Positions 26,924-39,057 of a stretch of 64,000 bases of DNA are shown in pieces. How positions within the stretch are numbered: position 1 is the stretch's first letter; every line of letters begins with the position of its first letter. Source of the DNA: Octopus bimaculoides (taxonomy: Eukaryota); assembly GCF_001194135.2 (NCBI RefSeq), contig NC_068997.1, positions 22,525,210 to 22,589,209 on the forward strand, written 5' to 3'. The notes under the pieces were generated by a model, which worked only from the letters and a program-made list of their open reading frames with translations, did not search any database and was not told where the DNA came from. The position numbers and the translations under genes are program-made.

Positions 26924-28674
26924 AATAATAATAATAATAATTATTATAATAATAATAAGTAATCGCTTTATTACGTAACTTTAAGTTGCTAGATTCCAGC
27001 TCCCGTTGTTTAAATCTACCAAAACTAGGGCATGCACTGAATCAAACAAAATTCGAACTCATTAAAAATTCATATTTCCGTTTCCAGCCCGACACCACGA
27101 AGCAGCGTCAGCTTCTGTTTATGTAAATGCTTCTGCAGTAGGATTCATAGCTTACACTACTGCCACAATAACACTAAATAACACACAAGCGAAGCAGCGG
27201 CAGCAGCAGTATTGCAAGATATGTTCCATTGATCTTCGTTGGATCAAGAAGAACAGAATAAGCAACATTAGCAGCAGCAGCAGCAACAGTCTTAGCGGTG
27301 ATAATAGTAACGGAAGCTGCGGCAGTAGCAGTAGTAACCTATATTGTTTAATTCGATTTCCAAACATTATATGTGTTAACGGCTATTTTAATCGTTGCAA
27401 GTTTCCATATTGCCTCCCGCTTATTTTCTGACTAACATACAACAGAAGTATCCATGCGAATACATACATACATACATACATACATACATACATACATACA
27501 TACGTACTCTCTTGAAAGTTTATAAATTCTTTTGAGATCAGTAATGTTTGTGTGTGTAATATCCAAATATATATTTTCTTCCGGTGGTAGGTAAAAATCA
27601 AAGAATATATATAGCTGGTAATTAAATTAACTTTGAGCCACAAATCAAGACTTTACATCGTTTACGCAATTATACTATATTTTGTATCTGAGGTTTTTTA
27701 ATTCGTTACATTTTAGTGAAAGTAATACAGTGGCAAAAGTAATATAGTGACAAAATTTGTAGTCAGATATGTTGAACTTTTAATTTCCTAAGTACTTAAC
27801 CTATTACAGAATTACACGGATGCAAGGAGTTTCATTTTTAGAGAAATATTTGTCACATATAAGAATTTATATAACAGGATACAGAAAGATATTATTTTGC
27901 AAAGTATATTGTGGAAGAATGCTCTGGAAGAATGTCTGCTAATTACTGAGTCTATTCCAATGAAATCATTAAAATTATTTGACAATTCATAATAGAGATC
28001 TTTATGAAAATAAGGTGGTAAACTAGCATAATAGTTACTGGGACGGAAGAAATGATTGGCGGTTTTTCTTCCAGTTCTTCTGGCGATTTTACCTTTCATC
28101 CTTTCGCGGTCGAAAACCGGTACGGATGTCCGAAACTGACCATCACCACTAATTTGCAGGCGTTTCGCCATTATCAGAAAGAATTGTCTAAAAGAATAAA
28201 TGAATGATTTGTCTCTAATTCAGACAGAAGACCAAACGGTTTCTACATTGGGTATAAATCAATTGAATAGATTATAGGATTTCATTGTACATTAATAATT
28301 AACCTGGAAGTGTACATGGTGGGATTTCATCTCTGATATATATNNNNNNNNNNNNNNNNNNNNNNNNNNNNNNNNNNNNNNNNNNNNNNNNNNNNNNNNN
28401 NNNNNNNNNNNNNNNNNNNNNNNNNNNNNNNNNNNNNNNNNNNNNNNNNNNNNNNNNNNNNNNNNNNNNNNNNNNNNNNNNNNNNNNNNNNNNNNNNNNN
28501 NNNNNNNNNNNNNNNNNNNNNNNNNNNNNNNNNNNNNNNNATAAGTATTCCCTAAGAATTAAGGCACAGCAGCATTTAAGAGGCCATTTACGTTAAGTAT
28601 TATATGTGCGTGTGTGTGTATATATGTGTATGTGTGTACAAATTTATATATGTATGTATTTATACATATATGCA

Positions 28675-28758
<84 letters not shown>

Positions 28759-30502
28759 TACGAATATATGTACATAATTATGTATAAATACATATATATG
28801 TATGTATATATACATATGCATGTATTTATACGTTGAATACGTATATGTATCTATACACATATATGCATATATACGTGTGTGTGTGTGTGTGTGTGTGAGG
28901 TTAACGATATATCCTATGTGTTGTTGGGTTGTATAATTACATTAAACCAACTTTCTAGCATTCAACGTGCAGACCGAACTAGAAGTTGGGGCACCATTTA
29001 TGCCTTTTAGCTGTAAATAATTCTTTTCAGCGGAAGAATGTAAGGATCGTTGTTGGATTCTTGGTTATGATATGTAATATTTTAATCTATTTTATTGTGC
29101 TCTGTAGTTGAGTTTAATAATAAATAGATCAACAGACAATTGAATCATGTAACCAGTCAACAATGGCATTAAGTTTCCAGGTTACTGAGCTCGAAATATT
29201 TGGTAATATTATACTTTTCCCTTATATTCTATTCTGTATTATCTTATTCCTACCTATATATATATATATATTAGTGTTTGCGTGTATCTGTGTGGCGTCG
29301 AATGTGTTTGAGTGTACGCTTTATTTTCTATGTGCTTATCTGTTACACATGGATACGATTCAATTATTCATTATATCGATATCACTGAAAATCATGTATC
29401 CGGTTCGTTTAAATGGTCTGTGACCATTACGTAATATATGTATGCATATGAATAACATATCTTTATATACATATCTACACATGTATCTACGTGTATTTGT
29501 ACGCGTGTATGTATTTTATGTATGTATACTTAACGTTCGTACCTACGTATGCATTTTCACATTCGCATGTGATATACGGATATCCTTTTAATTTGTATTT
29601 ATATTTTTATATACCTTCACAGTTGTGGCAATGCTGGATCATCACTTCCATATTTTGCCATTTTCAATCAATGACTACGTATAATGCTGTATTGCAAACC
29701 ATTTATTCATATGAAAAAATATTTTGCATACATAGAAGCCAAACATCGTGTAAACAAATTCACTTCCTGAAGAAACCGCCGAGAGGAATCTTGAAGTTGC
29801 AGTGACCACTAACATAATTAATAAATCTTACGATGCCAGTACCATAGTGTCCCATCACCATGTAATATGTGTGGTTTTCTCTAAATTTTATTGATTAACA
29901 ACACATTGTATTACGCATATATGCATATGATGGTAGTTTCTTCGTGACCAGAGATCATGAAGAGGAGCGGCTCACTCTCACATCCTTATGTAAAACGATA
30001 CTTGATGCTGTATGTATTTTTGTCCGGCCTACGCTTAGCTGTCTTAAAGTAAGTGTCAATCCACGTCATCTGATTCCACGCTGTGGGCTTAGACACACAG
30101 TGGTCAAGCTGACTAAGACGGGGGTGATGTAGGTTTCTGAATTGTAGTGACATTCACATAATAGATTTGCCTTAAATTGCTGGAGAGCTCCACCTACACA
30201 TGAATTATCAGAGGGTGTCAAAAAAGAGAACCGGAACACGTGAGCGTATCCACTCCTTGATTTGCTGCCGAGGTTCGATCCGTTAGTCGCTTCCTTTCCA
30301 TTCTCAGGGCACTCACGAAACAGAGAAGGTAAAAGTATAAATGTGTGTTGCACATATATATAAGAATTAGTCAAAAGGCGTTTACTAGACACACACAGAT
30401 AAGTGCGCTATCCGATCAAATGCAAAATCCGATATAAACAACGGGAGGACGGAGTCCAGGCAAACAACAATTAACAGTGGACAATTTACTTGTCGGGCTG
30501 TA

Positions 30503-30655
30503 TATATACGAGGGGATTCTTTCAGTTTCCGTCTACCAAATCTATTCACAAGGCTTTTGCTGGCCTGACGCTAGACAGTTGCACAAGGTGCCATGCAGTG
30601 GAACCGAGTGGCTTGTAATCAAGCTTCTTACCTCACAGTCACTCCTGCGCCTATA
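30503..30655 (-). mobile_element. SINE family A, 5' half
   Basis: CTTTCAGTTTCCGTCTACCAAATC...AGCTTCTTACCTCACAGTCACTCCTGCGCCTATA. Confidence 0.8.
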
Positions 30656-31678
30656 TATATATNNNNNNNNNNNNNNNNNNNNNNNNNNNNNNNNNNNNNN
30701 NNNNNNNNNNNNNNNNNNNNNNNNNNNNNNNNNNNNNNNNNNNNNNNNNNNNNNNNNNNNNNNNNNNNNNNNNNNNNNNNNNNNNNNNNNNNNNNNNNNN
30801 NNNNNNNNNNNNNNNNNNNNNNNNNNNNNNNNNNNNNNNNNNNNNNNNNNNNNNNNNNNNNNNNNNNNNNNNNNNNNNNNNNNNNNNNNNNNNNNNNNNN
30901 NNNNNNNNNNNNNNNNNNNNNNNNNNNNNNNNNNNNNNNNNNNNNNNNNNNNNNNNNNNNNNNNNNNNNNNNNNNNNNNNNNNNNNNNNNNNNNNNNNNN
31001 NNNNNNNNNNNNNNNNNNNNNNNNNNNNNNNNNNNNNNNNNNNNNNNNNNNNNNNNNNNNNNNNNNNNNNNNNNNNNNNNNNNNNNNNNNNNTATTCCGG
31101 TATAAGTGTCAAATTATTGCTACTCCGAGAGTGGGCGATATTATTGTATGATATCCATAAAATTTTGTTCATCACTTCATAGGTGTGAGATTCTACGCCA
31201 AACGTTTTCGACTAAGTTCCTGGAATTTATCCAGGGTGCTTGAACTGTGAGTATATATTATAAATGCATGGATTTACTTTTGTGAAATGTATAATGAATT
31301 ACTGAAATGTAGACTAACACCATGATTGAATTGGAATCCTATGTAATATGTTACATTAGGTTTTTGAAGATAAATTGGTGCTCTTTTTGACAGACCAGTA
31401 TTAAGCTTGTCTGAAATCTTCAGAATGTCAGCAAAGGCGGAATTGTTCAGTGAAGTATGGTGAGGTATTAGTAAAGTATTTCTCAATGAAGATCTATCAT
31501 TTGCACATCTATTGAGTTTTCTATTTTCTTGAGTAGCTACAATTTATGTTGTTTGTGTAACTCTCTCTGTATATATATATATATATGTCTGTGTGTGTGT
31601 GTATGTGTGTGTGTGTCTGTGTCTGTGTGTATGTATAAACATTTGTATATACATGTGTATCTTTATGTATACACACAC

Positions 31679-31725
<47 letters not shown>

Positions 31726-32114
31726 TGTATGTGTATATACGTATATAATTTCACATTTAAGATTTTTACATCAAAATTCAACGCTCATAAAACACCCAAA
31801 ATCCAGACCTATTAAAGAAAATAATGTAATGTCTAGCAGATATCGATCTCTTTACACAATATAGGCGAAAACAAATGAAAAACAAAAAGATTTTACAGGA
31901 CAAACAATTTAGTAGGCACATAAATCACTCCAATTTAGTACAATTCATTACAAATCATTTTATTATTATTTTTATTATTTATTTTTTCTTTTTGTCAATT
32001 TACGAATATAATGAACCAAATAAGATTCGTACCAATGACCGAGTCCTTAAGTAGTCGTCCAATGAGCATTAAATAGAAACCAGATTTACCGAAAAAGTAT
32101 GAACACAAAGTTAC

Positions 32115-32400
32115 TTTGCAGCCTTGTGTTTGCGGATTCGGACTCTTCGAAAATAAGAGAATATCACTATTCTAGCATGCTCTTTTTTCCGAAGTTGATC
32201 TGCTGTAATATTTCCTGACGTTACTGCATTGAATAAGGCGGTGTTGACCAGATTAATGACTTCCTCGAAGCTGAGATTCATCTGCGAGATGGTTCCCTGC
32301 CTGTTGACATTTGCCTTATGTACAGCATGGAAGGAACTGAGATCCATACGTCCATCAGAGGCACCAATAGTGATTGTTATTAATTTTCTGTAGGTTCTGT
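32115..32400 (-). CDS. Candidate internal coding exon of an unidentified host gene, with an IQ-like motif near its 3' end
   Basis: Acceptor ATCATTTTAACAG, donor AA|GTAACT. 94 uninterrupted codons, non-repetitive, GC higher than the flanks: RTYRKLITITIGASDGRMDLSSFHAVHKANVNRQGTISQMNLSFEEVINLVNTALFNAVTSGNITADQLRKKEHARIVIFSYFRRVRIRKHKAA. No homology search was run. Confidence 0.5.
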
Positions 32401-32539
32401 CTGTTAAAATGATTGGTTATGCTTACGAAGAACTACTTAATTTAATCCATAATTTTCTACGGCATATAATACTAGATATTTTGTTTTTAAATTATGCTGT
32501 GGTTGACAATATGGGAATCCTTTTTAACATACAGCTACA

Positions 32540-32940
32540 GGTGAAGGCGGCATGCTGGCAGAATTGTGTACCGTGATAGGGAAACTACTTGGCGGCATTT
32601 CGTTCATTTTTACGTTCCGAGTTCAAGGTTTATCTTACATTTGAACCTTTCGCAGTCGATGAAATAAATACCGGTTGATTTAATCGACTTAACCCCTCCC
32701 CCGAACTTGCAGAGCTTGTGGCAAAATTTGAAACCAATATCAAGTTGTAGGAAGGCGGGCAAAGTGCTTAGCAGCTTGTCGTCTGTTTTTGCGTTCTGAG
32801 TTCGCGTTCCGTCAAGGTCGACTTTACCCTTCAAAGATTTTGGGTTGAGAAAATAAGTACCAGTCAAGTACTGGAGCCAATGTCATCGATTTACCCTTCT
32901 CTCAAAATTGCCGACCTTGAGCCAAAATTTGAAACCAATA
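32540..32940 (+). mobile_element. Two tandem diverged SINE family B copies
   Basis: Heads GAAGGCGGCATGCTGGCAGAAT (32543) and GAAGGCGGGCAAAGTGCTTAGC (32750). Each is followed by a B-box/core and ends AAATTTGAAACCAATATCAA. Confidence 0.75.
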
Positions 32941-33889
32941 TCAAAGTATATGCCAGCTATTTTAAACATCAATCTCAATACGCTTCAGTGATATCAAAGA
33001 TGCTTTAAGAAATCGCTTTCATGAAAATCCAGTGCGAGATGGAATTTTGAAAAGTTCTCCCCATCTCATATATTATATAACTGTATGAGCAAAGAGATAG
33101 GGCAATATTTTATCTGCATGTGACGTTTTCTCGTTTTGAAAAGTGACATAATAAATTCACCTAGAAAATGATCCAGTATTTTTCTAGCGACTAGAGATTT
33201 TCAACAGAAAATAAAAAGATTTGCTATATGCAGAAAGGTATAACTTCGTTTGTCCATCTAGTTTATATACTAAGGGACAAATGAAATTTGAACTCGAATC
33301 CAAAACCTAAACATTAAAAAGAAAAAAATTAAAAAACTGTAAGGCCTTCAGTACTTCGCTAACCGATGCTACTAACCCGTTATATTCTCTAACACCGTAT
33401 CTTAGATATCCACAAAGAATGGTATTATGAAAATTTTATGTCTGTTACTGTTACTCATACGTTCACCGTAGGTATTTTTTTCGCTTGTGAACATACCAGA
33501 ATCCTGACCGCACTCACATAACACTTATTTTATGTTCAAATTAAAAATCACACACACACATACAAACATATCGAGGCTTATATACAGAAATATGGACTCG
33601 AATATAGTAACATTTAGCGCGTACCAGTCGAACTGCCGCTTCAAAACTGGAATGCAATCGTGAAGCGGTTACGATGCTATAACTTCAGTAGAAAAACATA
33701 CTCATAAACCATTTACTGCCTACCTTCTCTATCATAACAATTTTACATCACCGTCTTAGTTCTTTCACTTTTCTCATTTTCCCCCCTTTACACATTCTAT
33801 AAAATAGTAGCTGTTAGCCTTCAAATGAAATCTACGTGTGGGTGTTTGTTTTCACGTGTGTTTATGAGTCTATATATTCTTTACTACGC

Positions 33890-34029
33890 TAGGCACAAGG
33901 GTCCAAATTTTTTTTTGGAGGGGGGTAGTCGATTAGATCAACCTCAGTACGTAACTGGTACTTAATCTATCGACTCCGAAAGGAGGAAAAGCAAAGTCGA
34001 CCGCGGCGGAATTTGAACTCAGAACGTAA
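33890..34029 (-). mobile_element. SINE family B, running into a gap
   Basis: GTCGATTAGATCAACCTCAGTACGTAACTGGTACTT...AAAGTCGACCGCGGCGGAATTTGAACTCAGAACGTA. Confidence 0.85.
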
Positions 34030-35004
34030 NNNNNNNNNNNNNNNNNNNNNNNNNNNNNNNNNNNNNNNNNNNNNNNNNNNNNNNNNNNNNNNNNNNNNNN
34101 NNNNNNNNNNNNNNNNNNNNNNNNNNNNNNNNNNNNNNNNNNNNNNNNNNNNNNNNNNNNNNNNNNNNNNNNNNNNNNNNNNNNNNNNNNNNNNNNNNNN
34201 NNNNNNNNNNNNNNNNNNNNNNNNNNNNNNNNNNNNNNNNNNNNNNNNNNNNNNNNNNNNNNNNNNNNNNNNNNNNNNNNNNNNNNNNATATTAAACAGA
34301 ATATTAAGTTCACACATACGTTCACACACACACATTTGCACACACATGTACAAGGAAATGCAGGTGGTAGAGATAGTCATTACATTCCATGACAGTAATC
34401 AATGTTTCAGTTTGCGAATCCCGCATTTAATCTTTCTCAGGTCTATAAAATAATTACCAGTTGAACTCTGGGCTCGATATAATCGACCACCGAAAATGCT
34501 GGCCTTGAGCCTAAATTTGAAACCGCTATTATTGTTGTTGCTGCTGTTATGCCTTCTTACTATCGTGTCACATACCTCTTTGAACGTGGGCTTCATGTAT
34601 GCCTTGATTATAATAGCTAATACAAACTAACATAAGTTTTCAATCAATACTCACTTCCGTACCATACTGAGCAGAATTCAAGTTCCAAACACTACTGGTT
34701 TCAATTTTATTTTCATTTATTTTTTTGGAGTGGATTACATAATTAAAATTTCTTCTTCTTCTTCTTCTTCTTCTTCTCCTTTAAATCTAGACAAGGATGC
34801 CATGCAGTAGCTCTTCCTGTCCAGTACACCTTAAGTTCAAATCCCTGAGTACCACTTACATACGGTTGCTCCTATATCAGAGATTTAAAAAGCAATGCAA
34901 ATATATTTAGTATAGGCTTAAAAAGAATGATCAAGTGCGACCGACACTCATAAATCATATTGAGGCGACAGAATCATAAACGGAGAAAATGCATATCTGC
35001 ATTT

Positions 35005-35480
35005 CTACCGGTCCGTAAAGGCCTGTGTTCAAATTTCACCGAGGTCAAATTTATGTTTCATTCTTTTAGGGTCGATAAAATAAAGTATCAGTCACGTATG
35101 ATATCGACGTACAGCAATCACTCGCCATATTGCGGTTCACTTATCACGCCCTCAGTACATCGCGGATTCTTCTGGCTAATATATGTAAATTCATATCGCA
35201 CACTCCTCAGTATATCGCGGGTAGATGAGTAAACAAAGAATCGCACATGCTGTATGGAAAACGAAATTCGGGAGGCGAGTGTGTGGAATTGTGTTGAATT
35301 TATGATAAATTGAATATATACAAATTATAAAAATGATTTTAGAAAATGTACAGTACTGTTTCTACTTCGCGGATTTTCACCTATCGCGGGTTGGGGGTGT
35401 TGGAACGTAACACCCGCGACAGTCAAAGGGATTACTGTAATCGACTTTTCAGCTCCCTCCAAATTCTGTTGGCACCCCTG
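35005..35480 (+). mobile_element. SINE family B interrupted by the MITE
   Basis: Core GTTCAAATTTCACCGAGGTC...GGGTCGATAAAATAAAGTATCAG lies before the MITE. The motif TCGAC(G)TA|ATCGACTT is rejoined on removing the MITE. Confidence 0.7.
35112..35437. mobile_element. Tc1/mariner-superfamily (Tigger/pogo-like) MITE, 326 bp, TA target-site duplication
   Basis: TA at 35110-11 and at 35438-39. Left end CAGCAATCACTCG versus reverse complement of right end CAGTAATCCCTTT. Internal ATCGCGG/TTCACTTATC repeats lie near both ends. Confidence 0.75.
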
Positions 35481-35589
35481 TCAAGTGGGAATGTTGAGAC
35501 GAAGGTCACTTATATGACATAAAAACTGGGTAACCGGCTTTATGGGATTTGGCACCCAAGACAAAAACGGTGTCTCCTCAGATATTGGT

Positions 35590-35805
35590 TTCTAAAATTT
35601 GGCATAAAGAAACAACAATTTCAGGGGAGGGATTAAATGAATTACATCGATCTCAGTGCTCAACTGATACTTATTTTATCGGCCACGAAATGATGTAATC
35701 CAATGTCGACCTCAGTGGAATTTGAACTCAGAACGTAAAGACGGACGAAATGGCATTAAGCATTTTGCCTGGCGCGGTAACGATTCTGACCGTTCACTGC
35801 CTTGA
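35590..35805 (-). mobile_element. SINE family B
   Basis: ATTACATCGATCTCAGTGCTCAACTGATACTTATTTTATC...GTCGACCTCAGTGGAATTTGAACTCAGAACGTA. Confidence 0.85.
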
Positions 35806-36099
35806 CGATCTCAAATATTGAAACGATGGAAGTGTCCCTCTTGCTGATGTATGCTTTTCTGGCACTATATGGCCTAACGCTATCTCAGTGTTTTCCTACC
35901 AATTTTTATCTGTGGACCCGTTTGTTGACTATGTTATTCTGGTGGCTCCAGTAGTTATTCGATGTTTAAAAAATAATTTTATAGATATTTCTTTCAAAAT
36001 TCCTGTTTTGTTATTCACTCATTCACTTGTTTAGGTGAAACTACGTTAAAAGTTTCGGAAAGAAACCTAACAGTTTCTTCGAATACATACATTTAGACC

Positions 36100-36221
36100 T
36101 AAAATTTTAAGAACCTTTAGAATACTGCTGTGGATCCTCAGTTTACTATTTTGCTGGCATTGACCCGAAAAATATTATACGGACAGCCAGGAGTCATAAG
36201 GATCCTGGTTGAAAACTACTG
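36100..36221. mobile_element. hAT-like MITE terminus, fragment
   Basis: Ends GGATCCTGGTTGAAAACTACTG, resembling ...GGTTGAAAACCACTG hAT termini. Confidence 0.3.
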
Positions 36222-36441
36222 ATCTTGCTCAACCTGTAATCACCAGTCAACTTCTTTAGAACTTGCTTAGGGCTATAACAAAAATTACAAAAACAATAAC
36301 AAAGACCAGCAGCTTTGCATTCGGCTTTTATGCCAACGCATACCAGACATTCATATCTTTGAAATTATAGTTTTGCAGCCTGAGTATTTTTTTTCTTGTC
36401 TATTCCAATATGTTATACGGGGGTGGTGGTGTTAAACTTAC

Positions 36442-36540
36442 GAGAACGCCTACATGCCTGTTTTTCAAACTCAGTGTAAACCTCCAGCGTTTTATAATTT
36501 GTCCTTATTATTACACCCCTCAACCGTCGCCTTCGTGGTA
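36442..36540 (-). CDS. Candidate 99-nt coding exon (phase 1-1), possibly upstream of 32115-32400
   Basis: Acceptor GATTTCTTCTAG and consensus donor CTC|GTAAGT. Only one frame is open: PRRRRLRGVIIRTNYKTLEVYTEFEKQACRRS. It joins the 32.4-kb exon in frame. Confidence 0.33.
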
Positions 36541-37037
36541 CTAGAAGAAATCTTTAGAGGTGTTGTTGTTGTTCTTGTTGTTTAGCTAGACCACCTACAT
36601 TACACGTCAGAATCAGTTCTATGAATCCATCGGATAGACGCAGTCACGATAGCTGACAAATTATTTTATGAGGTACACAAATTTATTCCGCTTGGCTCTA
36701 TATCACCTCTTAATCTTGCAGAATACACGCTTACATTAGGGAAATCTCTGTATGTGTGTGTTTGCATGATTGCACTTGTCTGTATGTGTGTCTGTGCGCA
36801 TGTGTTTGTTTGTGTGTGTCTGTGTGTATGTCTGTGTAAATGTAGGAGTGTAGTCGGTTAAGTTATGCGTCTCTACTTCAGTATGTGTCTACATGTCTTT
36901 CACCTACTGGTAGTAATCCGGCCAAACAAGGACGGGAATGCAAACTTTGTTACTTCTGCCTGTTTCTCGCTCTCTCGCCTGTTTTCTTTCTCTCATAAAC
37001 ATACAGTCTAACATACCTACAGACGCGTGTGTAATCC

Positions 37038-37073
<36 letters not shown>

Positions 37074-37562
37074 GTAGATAGATTGATAGATAGATGGATA
37101 GATAGATAGATAGATAGATAGATACATAGATAGATAGACATACATATATATGCACACACACACACACACACATATATATATGTATGTAAACAAAGAAAAA
37201 CAAACCAGACAGGAAGTAGAGTTGTTATGAAGAGAACAACATAGTGTTTCAGTCTGCGTCATTCGTCAGAGAATATCAAAATATAAGGAAGCCAAGAATG
37301 AAGTCTATACCTGATAATCTGAGTGGCTAGATACAGTAGTCTAATCACCCTTATATAGCCCTTGTTGCCTTAAATATAAAAAAGATGTAAGACTTAGAGA
37401 ATATAGCTCAAGACATATCCCTAAAAATACAAAAGAAAATTAAATGGGTCGCTCACATTATGAATCTTAGGCCTTCGCGCTATGCGTTAACTTCAGGCAA
37501 GGTCTCAAGTTGTGAAGGTAAGATCAGCATGACTTCATAATGATTAACATCATGGCGATGTG

Positions 37563-38054
37563 AGGGACTATGTTGATTAAATCGAACCCAGTGCTCAATA
37601 GGTACTTATTTAATAACAATAACAACAACAACAATAGTAATAATCTTTTCTACCATAGGCACAAGGCCTGAAATTTGTGTTTCATGGTACTTAATTCATT
37701 GACACCGAAAAGACGAGAGACAAAATTGACATCGGCGGAATTTGAACTCAGAACATAGTGACAGGCGAAATACCGCTCTTTCGCCCGGCGTGCTAATGAT
37801 TCTGCCAGATCGCCAACTAAATAATTATAATAATAATGGTTTCAGATTTTACCACAGGAGCAGCAATTTTGGGGGAGGTGGCTCGTCGATTGCATCGACC
37901 CCCAGTGTTTAACTGGTACTTATTTTATCGACCCCGAAACGATGAAAGGCAAAATCGACGTCGTGGGAATTTGAACTCAGAAAGTAGCGACGGGCAAAAT
38001 ACCGCTAAACATTTCGTCCAGCGTGCTAACGATGCTGCTTGCTCGGCACCTTTC

Positions 38055-38134
<80 letters not shown>

Positions 38135-38524
38135 CCTTTTTACTGGAAGCACAAGGCCTCAAATTTAGGAGAAGCCATTAAGTCAATTACATCGACCTCA
38201 GTGTGTGGCTGGTGCTTATTTGATCGAACCCGAAAGGATGAAAGGAAAAGTTGACTTCGGTGGAATTTGAACCTAGAACGTAGCTCGGGTGGAATAATGC
38301 TAAGCATTTCATTCATGGTTCAATCGATTCTGCCAGCTCGCTGCCTTACTTGATATTTACGTTCTGAGTTCAAATTCCGCCGAGGTCGACTTTGTCTTTC
38401 ATCCTTTCGGGATCGATTAAATAAGTACCAGTTACGCACTGGGGATCGATGTAATCGACTTAATCTCTCTGTCTGTCCTTGTCTGTCCCTTCTATGTTTA
38501 GACCCCTGTAGATAATAAAGAAAT
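37563..38524. mobile_element. SINE family B cluster: fragment 37563-37612 (-), copies 37644-37815 (-), 37836-38052 (-), 38133-38347 (-), 38357-38524 (+, tail type 2)
   Basis: Each full copy has the GGAATTTGAACTCAGAA/GATGAAAGG core. The minus copies are separated by (TAA/CAA)n tails. Confidence 0.88.
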
Positions 38525-38529
38525 GAAAA

Positions 38530-38555
38530 ATTATTATTATTATTATTATTATTAT

Positions 38556-38586
<31 letters not shown>

Positions 38587-38637
38587 AAGAAGAAGAAGAA
38601 GAAGAAGAAGAAGAAGAAGAAGAAGAAGAAGAAGAAG
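38530..38637. repeat. (TTA)n-(GAA)n microsatellite
   Basis: Directly visible. Confidence 0.95.
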
Positions 38638-39011
38638 GATAAACATCGAATATCGAGCTTGTTCGGAATATACTAAATCGTACGATGGTTAGATATTGTA
38701 TGTGCTTACTAATTCTATAGATATTAGCAAGAGGTTACGTTTGGGACTAGTCGACCATGGTGAATGTTGTCCATACGCTTTATGCGAAATTTGGACAGAA
38801 GTTGGATTGAAACATTGGGCTCCCTTTTTCAAAACACAGTCCATTTTTCTAGTTAGTCGCCCTAATGTCCAATGTCTTCATCAGTGTGGAATAATAACCA
38901 TAGTAAATACCATGTCTATCTCAAAGAATTTCTGCTATCGTACCACTGACAGCATCGCATTTGCCATTATATCCAAAAACTATACTCATATAAATGCACA
39001 CACGCACATGT

Positions 39012-39057
<46 letters not shown>

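Noticed and set aside
30066-30392. 108-aa minus-strand ORF
   Set aside because: Non-ATG start, only GAG acceptors available, and no motif.
31195-31245. Possible second Penelope-type end (minus strand CCCTGGATAAATTCCAGG...GTCGAAAACGTTTGG)
   Set aside because: The core is too degenerate to support a call.
38696-38990. ~95-aa non-repetitive plus-strand open frame
   Set aside because: No splice context or motif, and it runs into a (CA)n tract.
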